Source: Acaryochloris marina S15
GTDB lineage: Bacteria; Cyanobacteriota; Cyanobacteriia; Thermosynechococcales; Thermosynechococcaceae
Length of the DNA stretch: 32,000 nucleotides
Direction of reading: 5' to 3'
NCBI RefSeq assembly: GCF_018336915.1
Contig: NZ_CP064925.1
Span: 150,001 to 182,000, forward strand
This document shows positions 1 to 8,212 of this stretch, one piece after another. The position numbers and the translations under genes are program-made. The notes beneath the pieces were generated by a model. It had not been told where the DNA came from, did not search any database, and was given only the letters and a program-made list of their open reading frames with translations. Position 1 is the stretch's first letter. Each line of letters begins with the position of its first letter.

Positions 1-240
1 TGTAAACGAGTCCTCAAAAGTGACATCAAGGATTTTGAGAGTTTCCTGATCACTGTCAACAATTGGATGGATGAGATGACCAACTATTTTCTGGAGGGAT
101 GGACCAGTGGCTTTGTCGAAGGATTTAACAACCGAGTTAAGGTCCTAAAAAGACGATGCTACGGTATTTTCGATATTGAAAGGCTCTTCCAAAGGATTTC
201 GCTTGATCTCAATGGGTATCAGACTTTTGCCTTGACCTAA
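1..240 (+). CDS. ISL3-family transposase, C-terminal fragment (gene begins upstream of the window)
   Basis: Frame 1 is open from base 1 to TAA at 238-240. My translation ends ...NWMDEMTNYFLEGWTSGFVEGFNNRVKVLKRRCYGIFDIERLFQRISLDLNGYQTFALT*, matching the conserved ISL3 transposase C-terminus (EGxNN.iK..KR..YG). It is absent from the ORF track because it has no start in the window. Confidence 0.8.
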   Translation, partial: CKRVLKSDIKDFESFLITVNNWMDEMTNYFLEGWTSGFVEGFNNRVKVLKRRCYGIFDIERLFQRISLDLNGYQTFALT

Positions 241-281
241 ACACTATATCTAGCGGCTACCACGCTAATTCCCAGAGAGCC
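1..281 (+). mobile_element. Right end of an ISL3-family insertion sequence
   Basis: The sequence ends ...GCGGCTACCACGCTAATTCCCAGAGAGCC at 281. Its reverse complement, GGCTCTCTGGGAATTAGCGTGGTAGCC, resembles the GGCTCTT-type terminal IR typical of ISL3 elements. The partner IR lies outside the window, so the boundary is provisional. Confidence 0.55.
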
Positions 282-474
282 TAAAAAATAGAGGTAAGCT
301 CGTAAACAATGGCTCCACCTGATACATTTAGGGTGCCCTTTTTTTATCTAAGGCTTGCTATTTCTTACGTCGAAAATCCGCCTCCAGTAATGGATGTGTA
401 CGCGATTGAATAGGCACAAACCTTAGAAAGTGGAGTGAGGCGGTGCTAATATTCTGCTAGCGCGGATTAATCAA

Positions 475-897
475 ATGGTTTGTATCCCAACTCTTTCTCT
501 CAAGCAATTAGCGATTGTGAGGCTTGCCAAAAAGTATCCTGGTAAGACGATTAAACTGTATTGTGAAATGCCAATCATCAATCATGGTGAACCCTCAACT
601 GGATATACAGCCGTTATTCAGAAGCTGATTGATTTAAATTTGATTGAAGTTAAGTCCAAACTGATGCATTTTGATTTCTCGCGGTTTCAAAAGAAATCAT
701 GGGCTAAGTTCAGCGCAGATATAGAGTATCCCTCTATCCTCGTCTGGGAAAGATGGCGAGATAAGTTTATTGCTAGGCAGAAAGGCTCGGAACGTGTAGC
801 CGTACCTGGGAAAGATTTTGAAGACTTCAGCTATGTGTGGATTCAAGAAATAGGAGTTCAGGTGATTCAACCCAGGGAAGACTCAATCCTCCAGTAG
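475..897 (+). CDS. hypothetical protein (140 aa)
   Basis: ATG-initiated ORF with non-repetitive composition. I recognise no motif. Confidence 0.4.
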   Translation: MVCIPTLSLKQLAIVRLAKKYPGKTIKLYCEMPIINHGEPSTGYTAVIQKLIDLNLIEVKSKLMHFDFSRFQKKSWAKFSADIEYPSILVWERWRDKFIARQKGSERVAVPGKDFEDFSYVWIQEIGVQVIQPREDSILQ

Positions 898-1290
898 TGC
901 AACATCTCCAAGTAAAGCCAGGGAGCGGAGCAAAGGCACGGCTTTGCGATGGCGACATTGCCGATCTAGGGTGCGCTAAGCTCTTGCTTGTTTTGGGGCA
1001 CCCACTCTCGCATCATCTCAAGCCCATCATCGACTCAACAGCAGCCCCCGGAACCTGCACTGCGGCGAGCGGTTTTTCTTCCCTTAACATCCTCACTAAC
1101 AACCCCTCATTCCCATTTGCGAATCTCCCTGAGACTTTCCTCTATCCCAGATTCCGGCAAAACTTGGCAGACTCGACCCTAGCGTTGCACCAGATTGGCT
1201 TATTTAGATCAGACTCTTGAAAATCCTTCAGAAAATGTTTGCTGGAGTTACATAATGTAATTTTGAAGTGCTTTCCGTCGGATATCGTGG

Positions 1291-2232
1291 TTAATCCTCA
1301 CCCTCAAGTAGCCTTGTTAACTGCAAGAGAAGTCTTTCCAGTTGCTTTTTCTTTTTGGGATTTTTCCAGATCTTTGACTTTTTAACTTGTTTATAAGCTT
1401 GGTCAATATCCTGCATAAGAGGTCCGCCTTGATTAGGCTTTATGCTTTTTGGGATAAGTTCTTGGACTCTTAGTTTAATTTCAGCGAGAGTTAAGTCATT
1501 TTTTATGGCAGTCTTTAGTAATCGCTGCCTTTTAGGCTTATCTTGAATTCGGGCGATTATACTTCCTTTAGTATATTCTAATTTCCCATCTCTTACTGCA
1601 TTTAAGACATCTGTAGGCCATTTCAGTAAAGGCAGACGATTCCTTACAAAAGATTTCCATGTCATGCCACCTACTGTCTTGAAAATAGTTTCTATTATTT
1701 CTGCCTCCGGTTTACCCGTAACGTTACGGGTAACTTTACCCTTTGCTTCATTATCCATCCGTTGAAGAAGGGCAATTATGGAGTCACGCTTCTGCTGAAG
1801 TTGATAAGACAGCAGATAGAGAATTCCCTCAGTTTCTTCAACTGGATTAAGATCTTCCCTCTGTAAATTTTCAACAAGTGCAAGTTGTATTGCTTCTTCA
1901 TCAGTTAATTCACGAATTGATACTGGGACTTCTTCAAATCCGGCTGATTGTGCAGCACGTAATCTTCTCTCTCCTGCGACTAACTCATACCTATCCTCAG
2001 AGATAGGACGCACGATTAGGGGTTCCAAAATTCCATGAGTCTGTATAGATGTCGTCAATTCCTTCATCTTTTCAGGATTGAAGTAACGACGAGGTTGCTC
2101 TTTTGATGCTTGGATCTTAGATACTTCCAGAGTATGTTGATAAAAAGAGCTTGAATTCTTAGGTAAAGGTTCAATCAAAGCTCTTACCCCGCTCATAGGT
2201 TCATATGGGGTGCGTTCTTTACGTCGTGTCAC
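1291..2232 (-). CDS. parB: ParB/Spo0J-family partition protein
   Basis: Contains YELVAGERRLRAA (the ParB GERRxRA box) preceded by ILEPLIVRP. Its start overlaps the parA stop by 4 nt. Confidence 0.9.
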   Translation of the reverse strand: MTRRKERTPYEPMSGVRALIEPLPKNSSSFYQHTLEVSKIQASKEQPRRYFNPEKMKELTTSIQTHGILEPLIVRPISEDRYELVAGERRLRAAQSAGFEEVPVSIRELTDEEAIQLALVENLQREDLNPVEETEGILYLLSYQLQQKRDSIIALLQRMDNEAKGKVTRNVTGKPEAEIIETIFKTVGGMTWKSFVRNRLPLLKWPTDVLNAVRDGKLEYTKGSIIARIQDKPKRQRLLKTAIKNDLTLAEIKLRVQELIPKSIKPNQGGPLMQDIDQAYKQVKKSKIWKNPKKKKQLERLLLQLTRLLEGED

Positions 2233-2996
2233 AATAATTCCTCTAAGTCTTTTGCAATTCCATCCAATATAGTTACTGCCGGATGACGTGAATTATATAC
2301 AGCGAGTGGTTGTCGTTCTTGTGAAGCATCAGCAAATGCAGTTGAACGAGGTATTGGTGGATAGACTTTTGTGATAGGAGCAAGTTGTGATTTTAAGAAT
2401 TCTAGGGCTTCCAAGTCTTGTATTGTTCCTTTTGTATATAAATTTGGAATTAAACCTGCAATCTTTAAATCATGTTCTAGTACTTGTCTAACTTCAGCGA
2501 TCGAATTCAATACTAGGTCTGTTCCTTGTGTACTTTTAAAGTGTGTTTGGCTTGGAATGAGGACATAATCTGATGCAACTAGTCCTAGAATACTCAAAAT
2601 TCCTAGAGTTGGTGGTGAATCTATGAGTATGAAGTCATAATTGTTCTTTATCGGAGAAAGAGCTTGCTTCAACCGAGATTCACCACGAAGAATAGATGAG
2701 AGTTGTTGTTCAGCGGCACTAAAAAGAATATTTGAAGGTACTAAATCCATGCCATGCAGAGTGCAAATTGGAAGAGGCTCTTTGTCCAATATTGAATTCT
2801 TGATGGTTTTCTCAATCTGGTTAGGTGCTAACCCCATAAAAAGTGTGAGGCTTGCTTGAGGATCAAGATCAATTAACAATACTCTTTTATCGCTAATCGC
2901 TAAGTGATAGCCTAAGTTCATAGTTAGTGTACTTTTTCCAACCCCACCAGCTTGGTTAAATAATGAGATAATCCTCACTTTCCTCGAATTCTTCAT
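2229..2996 (-). CDS. parA: ParA-family partition ATPase
   Basis: Deviant Walker A NQAGGVGKSTLTMNLG, then LLIDLDPQ and ILIDSPP motifs. It sits immediately upstream of parB in the same operon. Confidence 0.9.
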   Translation of the reverse strand: MKNSRKVRIISLFNQAGGVGKSTLTMNLGYHLAISDKRVLLIDLDPQASLTLFMGLAPNQIEKTIKNSILDKEPLPICTLHGMDLVPSNILFSAAEQQLSSILRGESRLKQALSPIKNNYDFILIDSPPTLGILSILGLVASDYVLIPSQTHFKSTQGTDLVLNSIAEVRQVLEHDLKIAGLIPNLYTKGTIQDLEALEFLKSQLAPITKVYPPIPRSTAFADASQERQPLAVYNSRHPAVTILDGIAKDLEELL

Positions 2997-3104
2997 GAGG
3001 TGGCAATTTATAAATAGAAGACAGCCATTATTGTAAGTGCTATTGACCCAGCGAGATTAGGTAGAGATTATGAGATCCACTAATCTTTTCATCCCACCCC
3101 ACCC

Positions 3105-3704
3105 ATGACTACACCCACAATCATCGGCATAGCTGGCGGCAGCGGCTCAGGTAAAACCACCCTGGCTAATGCTTTAGTCGATCGCTGTAATGGCAGTGCC
3201 CTAATCATCAGTCACGATCGGTACTATCGGCATATGCCCTGTGGTAACTATGATCTGCCAGAAGCTCTGGAGACTGACCTGATGATCGATCATCTGAAGG
3301 GACTGCGGTCTGATCACCCTGCAGAGTTGCCTGTGTATGACATGATAGGCAATTCCCGAAAAGAAGAAACTGAGCTAGTGCATCCCCATCCGATCATTAT
3401 TGTCGAGGGAATCTTTGTGCTGACCCTGCCCGAAATTCTGGAGTGTCTGGACTTCAAGGTTTACGTCGAGACTCCAGATGGTCTACGGATGAATCGGAGG
3501 ATTGTCAGGGATGGCAAGGAGAAGCTGAGGTCAGAGTCCAATGTGATTCAGGAATGGCAGGCTAATGTCATGCCTACTCATAAAGAGCTGGTTGCGCCTG
3601 GTGCTGCATTGGCAGATCTCGTGGTGTCGGGTGAGGGAGATGTGACAGACCTGGCGAATGCAGTCCAAGTGGCGATCGCCGAGGTATACGACATACTGGG
3701 CTGA
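3105..3704 (+). CDS. udk: uridine kinase-like P-loop nucleoside kinase
   Basis: IIGIAGGSGSGKTT P-loop. It is collinear with E. coli Udk as I recall it: DRYY / NYDLPEAL / LPVYD / IIIVEGI / VYVETPDGLRMNRRIVRD. Confidence 0.8.
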   Translation: MTTPTIIGIAGGSGSGKTTLANALVDRCNGSALIISHDRYYRHMPCGNYDLPEALETDLMIDHLKGLRSDHPAELPVYDMIGNSRKEETELVHPHPIIIVEGIFVLTLPEILECLDFKVYVETPDGLRMNRRIVRDGKEKLRSESNVIQEWQANVMPTHKELVAPGAALADLVVSGEGDVTDLANAVQVAIAEVYDILG

Positions 3705-3876
3705 AGTTGCCCGTGGCGAATTGTTGAGTTAGCTGGGGTAAAATCGCAACAAACAACAGGATAACAACTAGATCTGACGATTTCCTTATTTCGTCAGTGC
3801 TCTGCTATATCGAGACTCCCCGGTTTTAATCGCTCTAATCAGTTCTTGTCCCATCCATTTTTTGCACTAGAGTCGA

Positions 3877-4878
3877 TCAATTTGCCACGCTCCCTAAAGT
3901 CATTTCCATTTCATTAATTGCAATATCAATTAACTCCTCATCGAAACCTTTATCCTGCTCAAAGTCACTTGCTAAAAGCAAAGCTGACTCACCCTTCATT
4001 CCTTGATGATGTATATTTGCACCTGCTTGAAGTAAGAGATTGACAATCTCTACTTGACGACTTTTTGATTCTCCAAAAACAGTCTTTGTCCCAAATGTCC
4101 AAGGGATATGAGCATCAACAGCTATCATTAATGGTGTCCAGCCATCTGTTTTGTTAGGAATATCAACTGATGCACCTAATTCAATCAGCGAGGAGGTTGC
4201 TTTAACATATCCGTTGTGAGCAGCAGTCCACAGAAAGGTACATCCATTATCTAACAAGGTATTGATATCTAAACCTTGTGATATTTGGCTTTGGCACCTT
4301 TCCAGAAATTGAACAGAGAGAGAACTGATCGTATCGATTGGATCTTGTTCAAAAATAGTTACCTTAGCTAAATCAGTCAGCCACTGACCGATATCATCTT
4401 GATTGCCTGAGCTTGGACGAGCATTAACCGTCCGTTGAAATGTAGCTTCATCATCTGAACTTGAAATTGAGTGATGCTGGATTCCTTCAGCTAAGTGTAA
4501 GGTTGCCTTCCTGCGATGGCTTATAGAAGCTAAAGGAGCCAAGAAATTAAACACTTCTTGTTTCCCACGAGCAGCAGCAGTTATTAAAGGATCTGAGGTA
4601 AACCTGTCTTCATCATCTTCAAAACCGAAATCATCAAACTCAGGATAGGTATTTTCTGATTTTTTGTATATTTCTAGAGGTTCTATTGATGCTCCATTCT
4701 GTACTAATAGCTTAACGACGTCTAATCGATCACTCATTAATGCTAAATAAACAGGACTTTCAGGGACTTCTTCTTGAAGAATATAGTCACAGCTTGTTGT
4801 TCTTTCAATCAAGGATATAAATCTTTCCAATGGAGAATTTTGAGAAATTGCTCGTCTAAATTCTTGTGAAAAATCCAT
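3877..4878 (-). CDS. ankyrin-repeat protein
   Basis: Several ANK-like units: PVYLALMSDRLDVVKLLVQNGASI; GCTFLWTAAHNGYVKATSSLIELGASVD; GWTPLMIAV; VEIVNLLLQAGANIHHQGMKGESALLLAS. The gene is noticeably AT-richer than the efflux region. Confidence 0.8.
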   Translation of the reverse strand: MDFSQEFRRAISQNSPLERFISLIERTTSCDYILQEEVPESPVYLALMSDRLDVVKLLVQNGASIEPLEIYKKSENTYPEFDDFGFEDDEDRFTSDPLITAAARGKQEVFNFLAPLASISHRRKATLHLAEGIQHHSISSSDDEATFQRTVNARPSSGNQDDIGQWLTDLAKVTIFEQDPIDTISSLSVQFLERCQSQISQGLDINTLLDNGCTFLWTAAHNGYVKATSSLIELGASVDIPNKTDGWTPLMIAVDAHIPWTFGTKTVFGESKSRQVEIVNLLLQAGANIHHQGMKGESALLLASDFEQDKGFDEELIDIAINEMEMTLGSVAN

Positions 4879-5064
4879 AGATACTCTTTGACCTAAAAAA
4901 TTATCTAGTGCTGTTTCCTGACAAAGTGGCTACAAATGAATACACTTAATACTTAGTGATTCCTTCTTTAACTATTTTGGCAAGGCTTTACTGCTATCCA
5001 ATGATTTCTTGAAGACCTAGTGTTTTAGAATCAGCGGGAGCAACCCGCTGCCCCCTCACTATCA

Positions 5065-5711
5065 AGCCATCCCCAACCACACCACCTTCACCGCACAATC
5101 ATCTAGCTCTGCCAGTAGCTCCATATCCCATTTCATCTGATCGGTGATAGCAGACAACGCATTATCTTCCTCAACCAAAACCGTCAGCTCATACTCATTC
5201 CCCCTCTTCTTAGGTTTGACCATCTGATACGAACTCAAGACCTTTTCCTCGATCGCTTTCCTGACCGCACTCTTCTTCTTCCCTGAAACCTCAAGAGTCA
5301 GCCCTACCTGGACTGCATTCAAGGGCATATCCACAACCCTAATCTTGGGCCAGTTCGCACGCTCATCAACGATAGCCTTCAGCTCAATTGCCTTTTCAGC
5401 CACTGGCACCTCACTAAAAGCCACCAGCTCCTCCAGCGGCATCGGCTGTCGTTCCACTTCCCCTTTACTTTCTAAGAACACTCCTTTAGCCGTCCGATAC
5501 CGGACCTTCTGGGAATAGACCTCGAATGCCTTTACAGATCGCTGCCGCATCAACGTCATCGCCAAATATGCATCCATGCCATTCTCAATTAATTGACTCG
5601 CATAGGTATGTCGTCCTTTATGGGGATGAATATCAGGCCAGCCTGCATCTTGGGCCAAGGCTTTGACCATCTTATAGATCCCCTCATACCCCAACCGTTG
5701 ACCCTTATTTC
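5065..5711 (-). pseudogene. tyrosine recombinase (integrase), C-terminal fragment separated by an IS insertion
   Basis: Carries the catalytic-domain motifs HPHKGRHTYASQL (HxxR) and FEVYSQ (nucleophile Tyr region). The part of track ORF 5062..5826 above 5711 is read-through into the IS end. Confidence 0.85.
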
Positions 5712-7085
5712 CGTAGTGTCCCGATTTATTCGCCATGAGTTGAAATTCCTGAAATGCTGTATTAATAGTGACTTCAGAGCATTTCTTGATGAACATTGCC
5801 CAGCGCGAACAACAGATTATCCGCATCCAATCCCAAAGCTCCTATGCCTCTATTAACGAAGCCCTGGAAGCAACCCTACGCCTGGAAGCAAGCCAAGTCA
5901 CCCAGAAAATAATAGAGGCAGCACTAGACGAAGAAGTGCAAGCCTATCTATCCCAACTTCAAGGGACTCGACCTCGGCGCTCAGGTTATTATCAACGGGT
6001 TCTAGATACGCAGTATGGCAGGATCCCTCAACTGTCTGTCCCTAAACTACGTAAAGGGAACGCAGACCGAGAGTGGCAGATTTTAGAACGTTACCAACGT
6101 GCCCTTGGCAGTCTCCTCGATTTTTGCCTCGGCCTGTATGTCATGGGTTTATCGCTTCGGGACTTGCAAGAAGCTCTCTATGAGATTCTAGGAGCAGTCT
6201 TATCCGTTAATGCCATTAACCGAATTACGCTAAAAGCTCAGAAGCAAATGTTCCAAAGGCGTCAGACTCGTCTTGAGGAAACCCCTCCTATTCTGATTGT
6301 CGATGGTGTTTGGGCTAGTGTTCAGTGTTCCTCAGAAGACTTTTGGGAAGACCAAGCTGGGCATATCCGGAAACTACGCCATGCAGAAGACCGAGTCATT
6401 CTAGTCGCTATGGCAGTGTGGCCCGATGGCACCCAAACGGTGCTTCATTATGAAATGGCGACGCAAGAATCGGAGGCAGCTTGGTCACTATTCTTTGCGC
6501 ATCTGTGGCAACGGGGATTGCAACCCTATTCGGTGAAGTTGATTGTGAGTGATGGTACGACTGGGTTGCCTAAGGTGATTCGTGCTCTGTTTCCCCTCGC
6601 ACAACATCAACGCTGCATTACCCACAAGGTTCGAGCCATGCTGCGGCATTTAGGCTATGGGCAATTGTCGTACCTGGATGCGCAAGGACAAGAGCTTTCA
6701 CTTCCTGAAGCTAAGAAACAGCGGTATGCACAAATTCAACATGATGCCTACGCCATCTATAAAGCGCCCACCTGGGAAGGGGCAGTTATTTCATTTCTGG
6801 TGTTTGAGAAAAAGTGGACAGACATCGAACCTGACGCCGTCAGAACCTTTATCAACGATTGTGCCCTGACTTTGAACTTCTATGATTTTGATGCATCTCT
6901 TCACTCACTCATTCGAACCTCAAATGCACTCGAGCGGTTGTTCCGGGAATTCCGAACCAAGGCCGATGAAATTGGTGCGTTCCCTAATGAAGAGAGCTGT
7001 TTAGCAATTCTCTTCCTCGTTTTTCGTAGGGATCATGCCAAGCATGATCGGCTCAAAAACCGTGGCGAATAAATCGGGACACTAA
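5712..7085 (+). mobile_element. IS256-family insertion sequence (about 1.37 kb)
   Basis: The terminal IR TAGTGTCCCGATTTATTCGCC at 5714-5734 is perfectly repeated in inverted form at 7064-7084. It is flanked by a 9-bp direct duplication CCTTATTTC (5703-5711 and 7086-7094). Confidence 0.9.
5768..7072 (+). CDS. IS256-family (mutator-type) transposase
   Basis: 434 aa with DDE-region motifs LIVDGVW, LIVSDGTTGL and TSNALERLFREFRTK. The start may be the ATG at 5789 rather than the GTG at 5768. Confidence 0.9.
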   Translation: MTSEHFLMNIAQREQQIIRIQSQSSYASINEALEATLRLEASQVTQKIIEAALDEEVQAYLSQLQGTRPRRSGYYQRVLDTQYGRIPQLSVPKLRKGNADREWQILERYQRALGSLLDFCLGLYVMGLSLRDLQEALYEILGAVLSVNAINRITLKAQKQMFQRRQTRLEETPPILIVDGVWASVQCSSEDFWEDQAGHIRKLRHAEDRVILVAMAVWPDGTQTVLHYEMATQESEAAWSLFFAHLWQRGLQPYSVKLIVSDGTTGLPKVIRALFPLAQHQRCITHKVRAMLRHLGYGQLSYLDAQGQELSLPEAKKQRYAQIQHDAYAIYKAPTWEGAVISFLVFEKKWTDIEPDAVRTFINDCALTLNFYDFDASLHSLIRTSNALERLFREFRTKADEIGAFPNEESCLAILFLVFRRDHAKHDRLKNRGE

Positions 7086-7836
7086 CCTTATTTCGATGAC
7101 TCGTAGAGACAAACATCGGATCATCCGCTGTCATCCCTCCCTCACCGTCCACCATCCGAACTCGAAGATTAGCCCGCAGTGCTTCATCGGTTTGCTCATC
7201 GACAGGCACCCGACCCACGGATCCATGCTTGGCCTGACGGATAGTGATTTCCACCCCGTTATAATCCCCAGCATTGAGACTAGAGATTTCCTCTGCCCGC
7301 ATCCCGGCAAACACCATCAAACAGAGGATCGCCCGATCTCGTCTCTGTGTCTTCCGCTTCTCCAGTGCCTCAAACAGTGCTTCCACCTGAAACAGCTCTA
7401 GATTCTTCCCCTCCGTCTCTGGCGTTACTGGAATACTAATGGCCGCACCGGGATTGTCCTCGATATACCCAGCCTTCTTAAGCCAAGAAAAGAAGCTTTT
7501 AAGAGCCGTCAATATTGCCCCTACCGACCCCTGCTTTAACTGCTGACCTGACTCTAGATAAGTCTTGTAGCGTTTCAGATCGTTCATAGTAATCTGATGC
7601 CAGTCCTTGTTCACCCACAAACTGAACTGTCGTAGATGACGTTCATAGTTGCGTCGGGTGTTAGCCGCCAGGTTCTTCAGGGTGAGGAACTGTTCGATTC
7701 TGACTTGACGCAAGTTCACCACCGCTGGCTTAGGCAAGGGCGTTTCAGATGCAGGTTTGCTCTCCTCTAGTTTTTCTGTGCCGAACTCAATCAGACGGAC
7801 GGTTGGGATGTCGGAAGTTTGAGAGAAACGCGACAT
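7086..7836 (-). pseudogene. tyrosine recombinase (integrase), N-terminal fragment
   Basis: SAM-like N-terminal domain (NTRRNYERHLRQFSLWV...LKSFFSWL) and catalytic Arg region RDRAILCLMVFAGMRAEEISSL. The likely ATG is at 7836 (the track uses GTG 7848). The reading frame runs into the IS at 7085. Confidence 0.85.
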
Positions 7837-8150
7837 AGATTTGACCACAGAACGAACTTGAAGATCACTATATAAGATCGGTGATTGTTACTCCAGATTT
7901 CTATATATAGCACTACGCATTTTGCTTAGGACGGATTTCATGCTTAGAAGCTGGCAACCGAATAGTTCTGCTCGATGAATGTCTTAACACGCTTTAGTAG
8001 CGCTATAAAATCTGGAATAAGAATCACCGATCTAATAGTGTGATCTTGAACTTCATGCTCTGTGGTGTAATTGATGTTGCGTTTTGCTCAACGCTCCGAC
8101 ATTCCACCCGTCCGTCTCATTAAGCTTGACAGGAAAAACCGGAGGAGAAC
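7761..8150. repeat. Large imperfect inverted repeat (arms about 7761-7912 and about 8004-8150, spacer about 90 bp)
   Basis: My hand alignment of arm A with the reverse complement of arm B gives roughly three-quarters identity over about 150 bp. Example: GACGGACGGTTGGGATGTCGGAAGTTTGAGAGAAACGCGACAT versus GACGGACGGGTGGAATGTCGGAGCGTTGAGCAAAACGCAACAT, and GATCGGTGATT in both arms. Confidence 0.8.
8074..8150 (+). pseudogene. Relic 5' end of a second, divergently oriented integrase gene
   Basis: MLRFAQRSDIPPVRLIKL parallels MSRFSQTSDIPTVRLIEF of the integrase at 7836. Similarity stops near 8150, about 60 bp before the stop codon of the RND gene. Confidence 0.6.
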
Positions 8151-8212
8151 AATTCCTAGTCAAACTCGACTTATGTGTGCAGGGCCGGTTCAAGGAACTT
8201 CCTATGGAACTT

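Noticed and set aside
837-1220. 127-aa and 64-aa ORFs in the stretch between the hypothetical gene and parB
   Set aside because: The translations are Pro/Ser/Leu-rich and low-complexity, they overlap each other and the preceding ORF, and neither strand shows a recognisable motif. The region may be a decayed gene or non-coding DNA, but I cannot support a call.
5032-5050. Hairpin CAGCGGG-agcaa-CCCGCTG downstream of the integrase fragment
   Set aside because: The stem is GC-rich, but neither strand has a following T-run. I could not support it as a terminator.
5712-5826. N-terminal 38 aa of track ORF 5062..5826 (MRIICCSRWAMFIKK...)
   Set aside because: This part lies inside the IS256 left end, so it is read-through created by the insertion and not part of the integrase.
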